From contig CM052839.1 of NCBI GenBank assembly GCA_028534125.1, forward strand, positions 7,254,001 through 7,318,000: a stretch of DNA of 64,000 nt, in the 5' to 3' direction. The notes beneath the pieces are model-generated. The model saw only the letters and a list, made by a program, of their open reading frames with translations, searched no databases and was not told the DNA's origin. The translations under genes were made by a program, and so were the position numbers. Below are positions 26,901-64,000 of the stretch, piece by piece; the stretch's first letter is position 1, and every line of letters begins with the position of its first letter. Source of the DNA: Lama glama (taxonomy: Eukaryota).

Positions 26901-27474
26901 AAGAGGAGGAGGAAGAAGAGGAAGAGGAGGAGGAGGAAGAGATGGCAGCAGTAGTAGGGGGGGAAGCCCCAGCCCCTGTGCTGCTAGCACCTCCTGAGGC
27001 TCCTAGGCCCCCTGCCACAGTGCACCCCGAAGGAGCCCCTCCCACTGACAGTGAAAGCAAAGAGGTGGGCAGCACTGAAACAAGCCAAGATGGAGATGCC
27101 AGCTCCAGTGAAGGCGAGATGCGGGTCATGGATGAGGACATCATGGTAGAATCAGGTGAGAAGTTTGGGCCCGCCCAGGGGTAGCTGGGTTGATAGGTTT
27201 GGGGGTGTTGTGGATCCAAGAGCTTAGGCAGAACACCAAACAAATCTTCTTTTCCCCAGGTGATGACTCATGGGATCTGATCACGTGTTACTGCCGAAAG
27301 CCCTTTGCAGGCCGGCCCATGATTGAGTGCAGCCTGTGTGGGACGTGGATCCACCTCTCCTGTGCTAAGATTAAGAAGACCAATGTCCCTGATTTCTTTT
27401 ACTGCCAGAAATGCAAGGAACTGCGGCCAGAGGCCCGGCGGTTAGGGGGGCCTCCGAAATCTGGAGAGCCCTGA
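23924..27474 (+). CDS. PHF23: PHD finger protein 23. Exons 23924-23957, 25521-25552, 25694-25786, 26318-27155, 27260-27474 (1212 nt, 403 aa)
   Basis: [50 protein letters not shown]...; poly-Glu tract; C-terminal PHD finger [26 protein letters not shown]...CQKC. AATAAA at 28035-28040. Confidence 0.97.
26900..26941 (+). repeat. GAA/GAG run encoding 14 Glu in PHF23
   Basis: 42 nt between TCT and ATG in exon 4. Confidence 0.9.
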
Positions 27475-28424
27475 CATATGCCATGTCTAGGCTGGAACTT
27501 CAAATGGCAACATGACTTGGGAACTGAGCCTCAGGGTCCTCGGTCTATTCCCTGGAGCTTGGATATTGTCCCACTTCAAGGCAGAAATTCCCAAGGGAGA
27601 CTGGTTTGGAAATGAGTGATGTTCCTACCCTACCCCTCCTTCCCACCTTGTGGACTTGAACTAGGACCCATTGCAGTTGAGGGTGGGGAGCTGCCTGGGT
27701 CCATAGACACTTAAGCTCTGTCCCTTGGACCTGCCACCACTCAGTTTATGGGCCAGGGTTGGAATTGGGATGGAATGGGACAGTTGTCTATAAAACTCTA
27801 GTGTAAATATAGCACTCCCCTCCCTCATCTTTTCTTTTATCTCACTCCCCATTTATTCTCACCGGTTGTATTTTTAATTTTGGACTTCCCCTTTTGAGCA
27901 TGGCAGCTCAGAGGTGGAGTACCAACTAGAGCTTGGCCGAGGGAGGAAGGAAAACAGGTGACGATTCCCTCACTCACCTCTTTTGTTTTTAATAATATTG
28001 GCCAGCTGTTTGTACAGACAGCCTGCGTGTTGTAAATAAAGCAGAGTGGGCTCTTTTGTGTTTATAGCCCTCACTGACTGTCCTGCTTGGGAGGGAGGCT
28101 TTGGAAAAGTTGGCTGGAGGTGGAGCTGAAACCCACTCTTCTAAAGTCCAAGCCAAGAATGTTGCACTGCTCCTTTCCCATCAACCTTATGGACTCAGTT
28201 GGCTTTTTCCCATCTCATCCCGTCTAGGATCCCCCACAATCCCCACTTCACCTCCCACATGCATGCTCCAGTGGATCAGAGATGGCTTGGAGCTCTCCGC
28301 CCCAATGGGGTGAAGCGGGGTGGGGAGGGCAGAGGCCAGCCGAGCCAGGGTAGTGGGGGGGGACGCGGGTGGGGACTCAGTTGGGGGGCGGGACCGTGGA
28401 AGGTTGGGAGACCGTTGCAGAAAG

Positions 28425-28545
28425 CATTGATCATGTGGTGGCGGCGCTGGGCGGAGCCGAGAAGTCACGTGATCCGGATGAGGTCACGTGGCGGGGGCGT
28501 TACGAGGAAAGCGAGGTGGGCCAGTTCGGGTCACGTGGCGCGAGG
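28425..28545 (+). promoter_or_regulatory. DVL2 promoter E-box (GTCACGTG) triplet
   Basis: GTCACGTGA 28464-28472, GTCACGTGG 28483-28491 and 28530-28538, plus TCATGTG 28431-28437. Confidence 0.75.
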
Positions 28546-28800
28546 AGAGGTGGGAGGGGCGCTGGAGGGCACTCGCGACGACGGCGGCGGCGGCAGCCGA
28601 GTCCGCTGCTTTGGGTCGCGCCCCACGACCCGCCCCTCACCGCCGCCACCCTGCTGACCCCCGCCTTCCCTTTGCACCTCTCTTGCGCTGGGTCGGTCCT
28701 GTCCTGGCTTGCGCGTCGGTTAGCGGGTGTGCGCAGGCGCGGCGGGGGCGATCAGCCCCGGTGGGTGGGCGGCGGAGCCCGGGAGCGCGCGGGCGAGACC

Positions 28801-31800
28801 ATGGCGGGCAGCGGCGCGGGGGGCGGTGGTGTCGGGGAGACGAAGGTGATTTACCACCTGGATGAAGAAGAGACTCCCTACCTGGTGAAGATCCCGGTCC
28901 CCGCTGAGCGCATCACCCTCGGCGATTTCAAGAGCGTTTTGCAGCGGCCCGCGGGCGCTAAGTACTTTTTCAAGTCTATGGATCAGGATTTCGGGTGAGC
29001 GCGAGGCCTAGATTAGGAACGATGGGGGCCGTGCTGTTGTGAATTGGGCAATATTGAGGGGTACCGGTCTACTCTGGGACTTACTGGGATTTTCTGGGCT
29101 ACAGTGGAGCAGATTTTACTATACTGGGGTAGATTGGATATCCCAGGACGGGCAAGGTTATGCTTGGACAGATTGAGGCGCGCTGTACTGAAGGAGGACA
29201 GTCTAGGCTATACTAAACCAGATTAGGTAAGATTAGGCTCTACTGGAATGGAGTGGGGCACACTTGTTTATTTTCGGATATTCTGGACTGTGCTGAGGCA
29301 GACTGATCTATCTTCTGGTAGTTTAGTACATTGTGAGCGGTCCTGTATTACACGGGTTATGCAGAGATAGTGTGGAATTTGCTGATATAGATTGGGCTAT
29401 ACAGGGCAATTTGGGATGTTCCGTCCTGTACTAAGACACACGGGATTGCTTTAGGACAGTCTAATCTGTAGTCATGCCAAGTGCTGTATTGGGATGCCAT
29501 TCTGTTTTTTGCTAGGTTCTATCAATTGATCTTAGTTTATTTGGGGGCTTGGTTTTTATTGGAACACTCAATACATGGGCAGACAGGGCTGTTGGGGGTC
29601 TATGTTAGTGCAGACAGCTGTATTGGGATATTCTAGTCTGTATTGGTACAGACAGCTGCTTGGGGTGGGGGGAGGGGGGCGTTCTAGGCTGTGCTAGAAT
29701 AGACTGGGCTATCCTGGGGGGAATTTGGGACATTCTGGGCTAGAGTGGAACTTTAAATAATGTGTAAGTCCATTTGTGTTTAGAGCCTTTGGGACTATGC
29801 TCTCTCTGTCCTCAATCTAAGCTCTTGAGTGAAGGTGGGATTAGGCTGGGATAGCCTGGATTCCAGGAAAGCTGAACAGACTGGGCTCTACCTAGGAAGA
29901 TTGTTGGATGTTGGGAAGGTGGTACTGTCTTGGGAGTTACCTTGGATTTAAATCAAGGTTCTTCTGTTTGGTAGCAATGTAATCTTGTGCAGTTTATTTA
30001 ACTTTTGTGCCTCGATTTCATCTGTAAGATGGAGTTAACCAGAGTAAAATGCCTAGTGCAAGTGCATGGTACACAGTACATTCTTGGTGAATGGTCGCTG
30101 TCAATATCAGTACTGAGTCTGACTAATTCTTAAACTAGGTTATGGTCATACAGGATAGAATCGTTTGGCAGGCTGGACTATGGTGCAACTGGGTTATGAT
30201 GTGAAGAATACTACATTGTGCTAAGAAAGATCAGTGGTGACTGGACTATTTTGTCACGTTGATGGTAAAGGGGACTAAATTGACATAGATCCAGGCTCCT
30301 AGAATCATATTAGGTTAAAAGGTTAATCAAACAGGATGTCCTCATTTGGGGTGAGAGAGTCTATTCAGGGCAGTATCTCATAGTTGATGTGTGTATCCGT
30401 TTAGTCAGCAAATATCTGTTAATGCTTATGAAGTATCTGGTACTTTGCAGTGTGGCCAGGACACGGTGTTGAACAAAATAGGCATTAATGATTTCATGTG
30501 ATGATTGAGAAGGAGCAAGTCCTGCACATCGAGGGAACCAATGGGAGAAATGACCCCCCTGGTGCTAGACTTTGTGGTCTGTCAGGAGGAGCAGATGGCT
30601 TAGCGCAGAGTTTTGTGCCAGCTGAGGCACACGACAGTGTGACTCTGGGCTCTTCCTCTCCTTGGGAGTTCTCAGGCTAGTGAGAAAATACCGTTCGTTG
30701 GTCATGGGTATTCTTCCTCAAGGGGAGACAGCACATTGGGACATCTCTCTGGAAGTGTGTTAGGAAAGTAAGGAAAGCAAGGAAAGCCTAACAGTAGAGA
30801 CTTCGATGAGGACCCGAGCCTTTTTTGGGGGAAGGTGTGTGAGGAATAGGGTAGAAGTTGGGTGGAGGCTGCCAGCAAGGCTCTTAAAGTTAGATATTTT
30901 GGGCCAGCTGAGGCAACTTTAGGGGTGGGTCTTTGAAATTGAACTGAGAGGTTTGAATCAGACTCTAGGAAATCTTCGGAGCAGCACTGAGCCCCCAAGG
31001 ATGAGCTGGGGAGCAAAGGAGAAATAAGGAAAAGGAGTAGAGTTTGGAGATTTCTTAGGTGTAAGAGCAAAGCTTTTCAACGAAAGAGAAGAAGGCTTGG
31101 ACAGGGTGGGAGGAAATCAACATCCGTGAGCTGGATGAAGATTGGGAGAAACTTTGAATGCGGGCGGGAATGGGGGGAGCCCGTCCAGTCTCCCTCACCT
31201 GTGTCTTGCCTCTCGGCAGGGTGGTGAAGGAAGAAATCTCGGATGACAACGCCCGCCTTCCCTGCTTCAACGGAAGGGTGGTGTCCTGGGTAAGGGGCCC
31301 TGGCTCTGAGGGCCAGTCCCTCCCGCATTGCCAGGCTCCTCTGAGCCTCGGCCTGTGCTGTCGCCTGCCCCACTCAGTTGCTGGAAGCTCTGGCTCTTTG
31401 CCGCCCTACCTGTTTGGAGAGCCGGCCAGCTGGAGCCCCTCAGCCTTCTCCTTCTGGAGCCCCTAATGCTGCTGCCTTTTTGTGCTTTTCTTTTGACTCT
31501 CTCAGGTCCTGTCCCCTTTTCTAGTCCTTTCTCTCACTCCTACCTCACGTGCCTCATTTCCCCATCCAGCCGAGTCTCTCTTATCACTTGCACTCTTCTA
31601 GCTAGTGTCATCAGATAACCCCCAACCTGAGATGGCCCCCCCGGCCCATGAGCCTCGGACAGACCTGGCGCCTCCACCCCCACCACTACCCCCTTTGCCA
31701 CCGGAGAGGACCAGTGGCATTGGGGACTCCAGGCCGCCATCCTTCCAGTGAGTCCTTGGGATTCTTGAGTCCAGGGGAGTGAGGGGAGAAGGAATCCAAG

Positions 31801-34800
31801 CCCCTTGGGAGAGAAAGCCGAGGATGCGGAGCCCTGTCCCTCTGACTTGGGTTGGAAACCCTCTCTGTCCGTCTAGCCCTAATGTATCCAGCAGCCGGGA
31901 GAATCTGGAGCCCGAGACAGAAACCGAGTCAGTAGTGTCTCTGAGGCGGGAGCGGCCTCGCAGGCGAGACAGCAGTGAGCACGGCGGTGAGGGGGGCTGG
32001 CCTGGAAGCTGGGGAGACCGGGAGCTGGGGAGGGGTTGGCTCAGACCCAAGCATCGATGAGGGCCCGGCACTGGAGGCCTGGCTCCTGAGACTGGTTCCT
32101 CCTCAGCCGGGGGCCACCGGCCCAGCGGCCCCTCGAGGCTGGAGCGCCACCTGGCTGGGTACGAGAGCTCCTCCACCCTCATGACCAGTGAGCTGGAGAG
32201 CACCAGCCTGGGGGACTCGGACGAGGACGACACCATGAGCAGGTATGGCTCCCCAGGCCTCCCCGGGGCACCAGTCAGCCCTCCCACCCTTTCCCTTGGC
32301 CCCATGACTACCCCCGCCTGGCGTGCTCCCCTGTCCACCTCCTGACAGGTTCAGCAGCTCCACGGAGCAGAGCAGCGCCTCCCGCCTCCTCAAGCGCCAT
32401 CGGCGGCGGAGGAAACAGCGGCCACCCCGCCTGGAGAGGGTGAGGGGCTTCTCATGGGGACAGCTGGCCCTCGGGGATGTTGGGGGCCTGGACCGTGGTT
32501 TAAAGGGTGCAAGGCCCAGGCAGTGAGAACCCCTGGGCTCATCCTGTGTTGTTGAAGGCACTTGAGCTCCTTCCCTTTTCCCCACCACAGACTTCATCCT
32601 TCAGCAGTGTCACTGACTCCACCATGTCTCTCAACATCATCACGGTCACACTGAACATGGGTACGGAGGGGCCCAGGGCTGGGGGCTGGGAGGACCTGGT
32701 CTCCAGAGCTCCTAGAGGAGAGGCACACAGCCAGGGCCTCCCCTCGTCACCTGGCCTCCCTCCACAGAGAAGTACAACTTCCTGGGCATCTCCATCGTGG
32801 GCCAAAGCAATGAGCGGGGAGACGGTGGCATCTACATAGGCTCCATCATGAAGGGTGGGGCTGTGGCGGCCGATGGTCGCATCGAGCCGGGGGACATGCT
32901 TCTGCAGGTGAGCCGGGGCAGGGCCACCTGCTGATTCTGCCGGGCCGTCAGCCCCTCGCCCCCATCTATGACCCACCACCCCTTCCTGGCAGGTGAACGA
33001 CATGAACTTTGAGAACATGAGCAACGACGACGCGGTGCGGGTGCTGAGGGACATCGTGCACAAGCCGGGGTGAGGCTCCAGGCTGCTCCCAGGTCCTCAG
33101 CTCTGTTCCTTCATCTTGTCTCCTTTTGTTTTGTCATTTTTGGAAGCAGTGAAACGTAATGCCCGTCAAAAGATATGTAAAGCAAAAATGCATAACATAA
33201 TGAGTAGTTCTGGAATGAATGCCTCTATCCCCACTGCCTAGATCAGGACCTAGAAGATTGCTGACACCCAAAGGAGCCCCGCAGTGTCCCTTCCCAATCC
33301 CCTCTCCTCCCTCCCCCAGAGGTCACTGCTATCCCGATTCTTTGGTCATCACCACGACAAAGAAAATCTTCGTGTTGGTTTCATCACCCATGCACATAAC
33401 TGTGAACAACAGAGCTTAGTGTTACTCGTCTTTGGACTTTGTGTGAGCAGGGCCATGCGGCGTATACTCTCTTGTCTTACTCAGCAGTGTGTGTTTGAGT
33501 TACCCTGTCGGTGAGTCACCACGTTGTGGAGCCTTCCGCCCTCACCTTCTGTGGCCCAGGCGCATCTGTGCTCTTTCTTCTGTTCCTCTTTCTGTCCCTC
33601 TCCCACTCTCATTCCAGGCCTCCCTGCTCCTGAGGCCTCTCCTCTCACCCGTGCTTGACTGGCCGCCTCTTCTCCACAGCCCCATCGTGCTGACTGTGGC
33701 CAAGTGCTGGGATCCCTCTCCGCAGGCCTATTTCACTCTCCCGCGAAGTGAGTGGTGCTCAGGGCCTGCCGCTGGGATGATGATGGGTGTTAGGGTGGCG
33801 CTGGGGCTGGGCATCTAGGCTCCAGTGAGAGGAGGGTCAAGGCGGGGGCAGGATGGGAGTCTGAATCTGGGAGGGACAGGGCTGGCTCTCTGGGACTGGG
33901 AAGTGATCATCTTGGTGGCCTTCTCTGTCCCAGATGAACCCATCCAGCCAATTGACCCTGCTGCCTGGGTCTCACACTCTGCTGCACTGACCGGCACCTT
34001 CCCCGCCTATCCAGGCTCCTCGTCCATGAGCACCATTACATCTGGGTCCTCTTTGCCTGATGGTGAGACCCCAAGTTCAACTCATCCACCCTCTCTGGAA
34101 GGCCTCCTAGTGTGGTGTGACCTTGCACTCCATGGGACTTGGCCCTACCTCTGATTCCCCATTTTTCCTCTGCCAGGCTGTGAGGGCCGGGGTCTCTCCA
34201 TCCATACAGACATGGCATCTGTGACCAAGGCCATGGCAGCCCCAGAGTCTGGACTGGAAGTTCGAGACCGCATGTGGCTCAAGATCACCATCCCTAATGC
34301 ATTTCTGGGTACTGCTGGGCCCTGGGCAGGTGGCGTGGGGAGCAGGAGGAGGCCAAAGTGTGGAGGGGTGGGTGGCCCAGGCATGGGTGAGACAGGAGCT
34401 GGGGAGGAGAACCTGAGGCCTTTCTCTGCCCTGGACAATCCAGGCTCAGACGTGGTCGACTGGCTCTACCATCACGTGGAGGGCTTTCCTGAGCGGCGGG
34501 AGGCCCGCAAGTATGCCAGTGGGCTGCTCAAGGCAGGGCTCATCCGGCACACGGTGAACAAGATCACCTTCTCTGAGCAGTGCTATTATGTCTTCGGAGA
34601 CCTCAGTGGCGGCTGTGAGAGTTGTGAGTGCCTCTGTCCCAGCCCAGGGAGGGCGGCTCTAGCTGCCTTGTCCTGCCTCTCCAACCAGACCTGACGCAGA
34701 AACCAGCTGGGGTCCTCGTGGACGCTGAGCACTGTGCATCCTGTGCCGGGCCCTGCACTGGCCAACGATGCAAGTGGGGGCCAGCGTCCACTGAGGTTTT

Positions 34801-35891
34801 GCTGGACGAGCTGTGCGCCTGGCACAGGCGTGTATCTTCTGGGGGTTGGGGTGAGGGGGTGAAGCTTTTAATGAGGCTCATGAGTACGTGTGGGACTTGT
34901 GGTGGCCCTGGCTGAGTTTCTGCCCTGATGGCTGTGATGGGTGGGAAATTTCCTGTCTGAGGTCCTTGTTTAACCCCCATCAGGAATGGTTCTGGGGAAT
35001 CGGTTTCCAGGTCTTTGCTTGATGTTTCAGGGTCTTGGCTTCTCTAAGCGGTGATTCTTTTCTCTTGCCTTCTAGATCTAGTCAACCTGTCTCTGAATGA
35101 CAATGATGGCTCTAGTGGTGCTTCAGACCAGGACACCTTGGCTCCTCTGCCTGGGGCGACCCCCTGGCCCCTGCTGCCCACCTTCTCCTACCAGTACCCA
35201 GCTCCTCACCCATACAGTCCTCAGCCCCCGCCGTACCACGAGCTCTCGTCCTACACCTACGGAGGAGGCAGTGCCAGCAGCCAGCACAGTGAGGGTAAGT
35301 CACCGCCAGACACCCCTACAGCCAGGTTTGGGCAGGGTGGGGGCCAAGGTGAAACCAGGGAGGAGAGGCTGAAGCAGGGGCTGGGGCTGCTGAGCGAGCC
35401 TGGTCTAGGGCTCAGTTGCTCCCATCCCCTCTCCCCCAACAGGGAGCCGGAGCAGTGGGTCGACACGAAGCGATGGGGGGGCAGGGCGCACAGGGAGGCC
35501 CGAGGAGCGGGCCTCTGAGTCCAAGTCTGGCAGCGGCAGTGAGTCGGAGCCCTCCAGCCGGGGAGGCAGCCTTCGGCGGGGTGGGGAACCTGGTGGGACT
35601 GGTGATGGGGGTCCTCCCCCATCCAGAGGCTCATCAGGAGGTGCTCCCAATCTCCGAGCCCACCCAGGGCTCCATCCTTATGGACCCCCTCCTGGTATGG
35701 CCCTCCCCTATAACCCCATGATGGTGGTCATGATGCCCCCACCCCCACCCCCTATTCCGCCAGCAGTGCAGCCTCCAGGGGCCCCTCCAGTTAGGGACCT
35801 GGGCTCTGTGCCCCCAGAGTTGACAGCCAGCCGCCAAAGCTTCCACATGGCCATGGGCAACCCTAGTGAGTTCTTCGTGGATGTTATGTAG
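28801..35891 (+). CDS. DVL2: Dishevelled-2, 15 exons: 28801-28994, 31220-31289, 31602-31747, 31877-31986, 32107-32242, 32349-32439, 32591-32660, 32768-32907, 32993-33069, 33680-33747, 33934-34062, 34177-34308, 34444-34623, 35076-35294, 35443-35891 (2211 nt, 736 aa)
   Basis: DIX ([18 protein letters not shown]), PDZ ([12 protein letters not shown]) and DEP ([21 protein letters not shown]) domains; C-terminal SEFFVDVM*. All junctions GT-AG and in frame. AATAAA at 36452-36457. Confidence 0.98.
29040..30260. repeat. Degenerate ~10-nt-period tandem repeat in DVL2 intron 1
   Basis: Recurrent AGACTGGGCT / ATACTGGGAC-like decamers. Confidence 0.55.
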
Positions 35892-36713
35892 AGCCTGTGG
35901 TGGGGCCATGTTGGATCTCCACCCTTGGCCTGTCCAGCCAGTACTTGGTGCTCCTGTCCTGTGACTGGGTGTCTTGCCAGTCACATGCTCCTTACTCCCC
36001 TGGTGCCTGGACTCGGCCTGTCCTGCGGGCTGCGGCCTGCTGTGAGGTTGTTGCCACTGTGACTCTTACCAGCAGTGCCTGGTTCCTCCCCCTTCCTTCA
36101 GGGGGTGTGCAAAGGACCTTTGGTTATTTTTAGCCTTATTGTTTTTTGTAAGCCTTTTGGGGGGTTAAAATAGACTTTCTTACATTTTTTGGACTATTTT
36201 TTTTAGCAAACATTTTCTCTTTTATATGAAGAATCCCTGTCTCCTGGGCTCCTTCTGACCCCCAAATGTGACCCCCTACTCCATTTGCCCAGTCCACCAT
36301 GTCCTGCGCAGGGTGGGGGGGGTCAGCGGTACCCTGGGAAGTGGGAGGGTGCTGCTTACCCTAGACAGCAGTCAAAGGAAGCTGGGGTATTCGGGGGCCG
36401 TGTAGCTGCTTTTGTTACTCTATTTATTTTAGTCACATGTATAAAGCACCAAATAAAGCAATAGGGGTAAATTCCCTACGCCTTTGGCTCCTTTCTTTGG
36501 GAGGGAGGCAGGCAGCAAAGGAAAGGATGGAGCTACGATAAAAGAACATGACTTGTTAGAAACTTTATTTGTGAGGCAAGAAGTGCTCCCTCAGAGAGCA
36601 GGCACATTCCGGGCCCAGGCCCCCTTCAAGGCAGAACCGGGATGGGCAGGAAAGGGGCCAGGGCTTTGGCTTGACAGAAGGCATGTTCTGGGCCAGGCCC
36701 TGGTTGGGAGTAT

Positions 36714-41587
<4,874 letters not shown>

Positions 41588-41689
41588 CTCCTAACCGCTC
41601 CGGCCGCCGCTGCCCTGAGCGCTGCTGTAACACTCTCTCAGGTCTGCCCAAGCCTGGTGCCCCTGCCCTGACTCATCCTCCACAATGCA

Positions 41690-41750
41690 CCGGGAGGCGG
41701 GTGGGCGGGGCTTCCGGCTGCCGGAGCATGCTGGGAGCTGTAGTTCTGGA
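41690..41750. promoter_or_regulatory. ACADVL/DLG4 shared head-to-head promoter: GC boxes, ETS and ZNF143/THAP11 SBS
   Basis: GGGCGGGG and CTTCCGG. GCATGCTGGGAGCTGTAGT at 41726-41744 (= ACTACAGCTCCCAGCATGC). Confidence 0.75.
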
Positions 41751-42364
41751 GCGCCACTCAGCCCCTGCATTCTGGTTGACCCAGGGTCATCTCCAAACGT
41801 TCCTTGTCTCCCTCAAACTCTTTCATCTCGCTTGTCCCAACTAGAGTGTAGCTATTGAAAGGGGTGATAAAACAGGCTGGGGCGGAATAGGGAATAATTT
41901 AGCCGATTGCAGCTAGAGGGCTGGAGGGTAGGCTGAAGGGAGAACTTCCCAGGTGGAATTAGAAGGGGGAGCGGGGAAGAGAGAAGTGTAAGATAGATGC
42001 CAGAGACAGAGGCATGGAAAGTAGACTCTTTGGGATCCCTCTTCAAATCCATCTCCACCAAAAAAAAAAAAAAAAAAAGGGAGGGAAATGGTGGGGTGCA
42101 GGACTCAAGTTGGGTGTGAGTGCCCCAGGCATATTCTCCTGAGACCTAGGAGGTATCACTGACTCTGGAAACAGCTAAATTTTCGCAGTAGGAAGGACCC
42201 CCAGGTTTGCTGTCTCATCCTCAGGGCCTCTGAGGCCTTCCTGAACATCTCTCTCTCTGCCCTCTGTTCCTTCCTGAGACCAGGTTGTCAGGCTATACCT
42301 CTGGGCAGATGGATTCTTCCCAAGCCCGAAGAGAACTGTAGCAATTCTTATGTCCCAGCCCCTT

Positions 42365-42367
<3 letters not shown>

Positions 42368-42425
<58 letters not shown>
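42368..42425. repeat. (AC)29 perfect microsatellite between ACADVL and DLG4-beta
   Basis: Read directly from the sequence. Confidence 0.97.
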
Positions 42426-42427
<2 letters not shown>

Positions 42428-42775
42428 GGTCAAGAAGTCCCAGGTAATTCATGCTTCTTTTTGCCATTCTCACTGGGGACAGGCCCAGGAAGAGAGACTT
42501 ACAGCTACTGTTCCTTTCGAGCTGCAGGAGCACTTTGGGGGTGACCCTCTTCTCAAGACCTCAGGAAAGTGTAGTGGTCACACCTGGCCTTGGGGAGAGG
42601 AGCCAGGGTATGAGGAGGAAGGTGGCGGTGGTGGTGCCTGGGGACCTGGGCAAGGATGGGACAGTGGGCGGGTCAGAGACTGCCTACTTTACCTGGCAGC
42701 TAGAGCTGGGTGGGAAGAAGCCAGCTCAGCTCCTACCCTGGTGGATTAAGGAGATTAAAGTGAGAGAAGACAGAG

Positions 42776-63516
<20,741 letters not shown>

Positions 63517-64000
63517 GTAGGAGCTGGCGGGCACCCCGTCCTCGTCTTCCCCCCCGTCCCCCACCCCTGGCCTTCCTCCAGCTCTCTCTAACTCTTTCTC
63601 TCTCTGTCTCTTTCCCTGCTGGGTCTCGACTCTGCTCCTCCACCTCCTTCTCCTCTTGGGCAACTCTGTCTGACTGCCTGCTCTCTTGTGCCCCGATACC
63701 CTGCCTCCCTGCTCCCTCCCTCCCTCCCTCGGTTCCTGACCCCAAACTCCGGGCTGCCATCTGTCCCATTTCCTCCCCCAACCTTCGCCTTGCCCCATTT
63801 CTCCTCTCTTCCCGTGGCCTTGCCCTTGGTGGCTTGACCTCCCTCACCTGGGTCTCTCCCTTCTGCCGGCTCTGGGTTGGCCCTCTCCCCTTGCCTGTTC
63901 CTGGGGTCTCCACTCCCATCTCCCACTCCTCTGCCACCTCCATCTCCCTGCTGCCCCCACCCTGCCCTCTCCCTCCACGGCTCTTTCCTCCATCTGCCTC
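63517..64000 (+). promoter_or_regulatory. CU-rich DLG4 intron 17 (PTBP-binding region upstream of exon 18)
   Basis: About 480 nt of strongly pyrimidine-rich sequence with many TCTC/CTCT/TCTT motifs and no AG after ~63581. Confidence 0.7.

Noticed and set aside
26464-27243. 259-aa minus-strand ORF with poly-Ser
   Set aside because: Antisense shadow of PHF23 exon 4 (poly-Glu codons) spanning Ns.
24345-30260. CRISPR-like reading of the repeat-spacer patterns in PHF23 and DVL2 introns
   Set aside because: Mammalian DNA; repeats are short and degenerate with irregular spacers; no cas genes.
31598-32338. 246-aa minus-strand ORF
   Set aside because: Antisense to GC-rich DVL2 exons and short introns; no recognisable domain.

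Overview
Mammalian genomic DNA. The tRNA-derived SINE family suggests a camelid-type artiodactyl. The window is syntenic with human 17p13.1 and gene-dense: CLDN7(+), ELP5(-), CTDNEP1(+), GABARAP(+), PHF23(+), DVL2(+), ACADVL(-) with MIR324(+) antisense in its intron 11, and DLG4/PSD-95(+), whose last exons run off the right edge. Exon chains were rebuilt by hand from splice sites and frame: CLDN7 211 aa, ELP5 311 aa, PHF23 403 aa, DVL2 736 aa, ACADVL 655 aa. Thirteen N blocks hide several exons (CTDNEP1 exons 1, 6, 8; GABARAP exon 1; DLG4 alpha exon 1 and exons 2, 5, 8, 11), so those parts are inferred. No prokaryote-type system is present. The most interesting signals are in the ACADVL/DLG4 region: candidate extra DLG4 first exons (one encoding MSARNRFASMCLCV with a palmitoylation-like CLC), the exon-2b extension, a TG acceptor, a (CA)n-containing upstream ORF/exon, clustered RFX boxes and a candidate antisense ACADVL first exon. 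Elsewhere there is a cryptic 10-nt-periodic repeat in DVL2 intron 1, a quasi-periodic motif array in PHF23 intron 1 and CLEAR/E-box clusters at three promoters.
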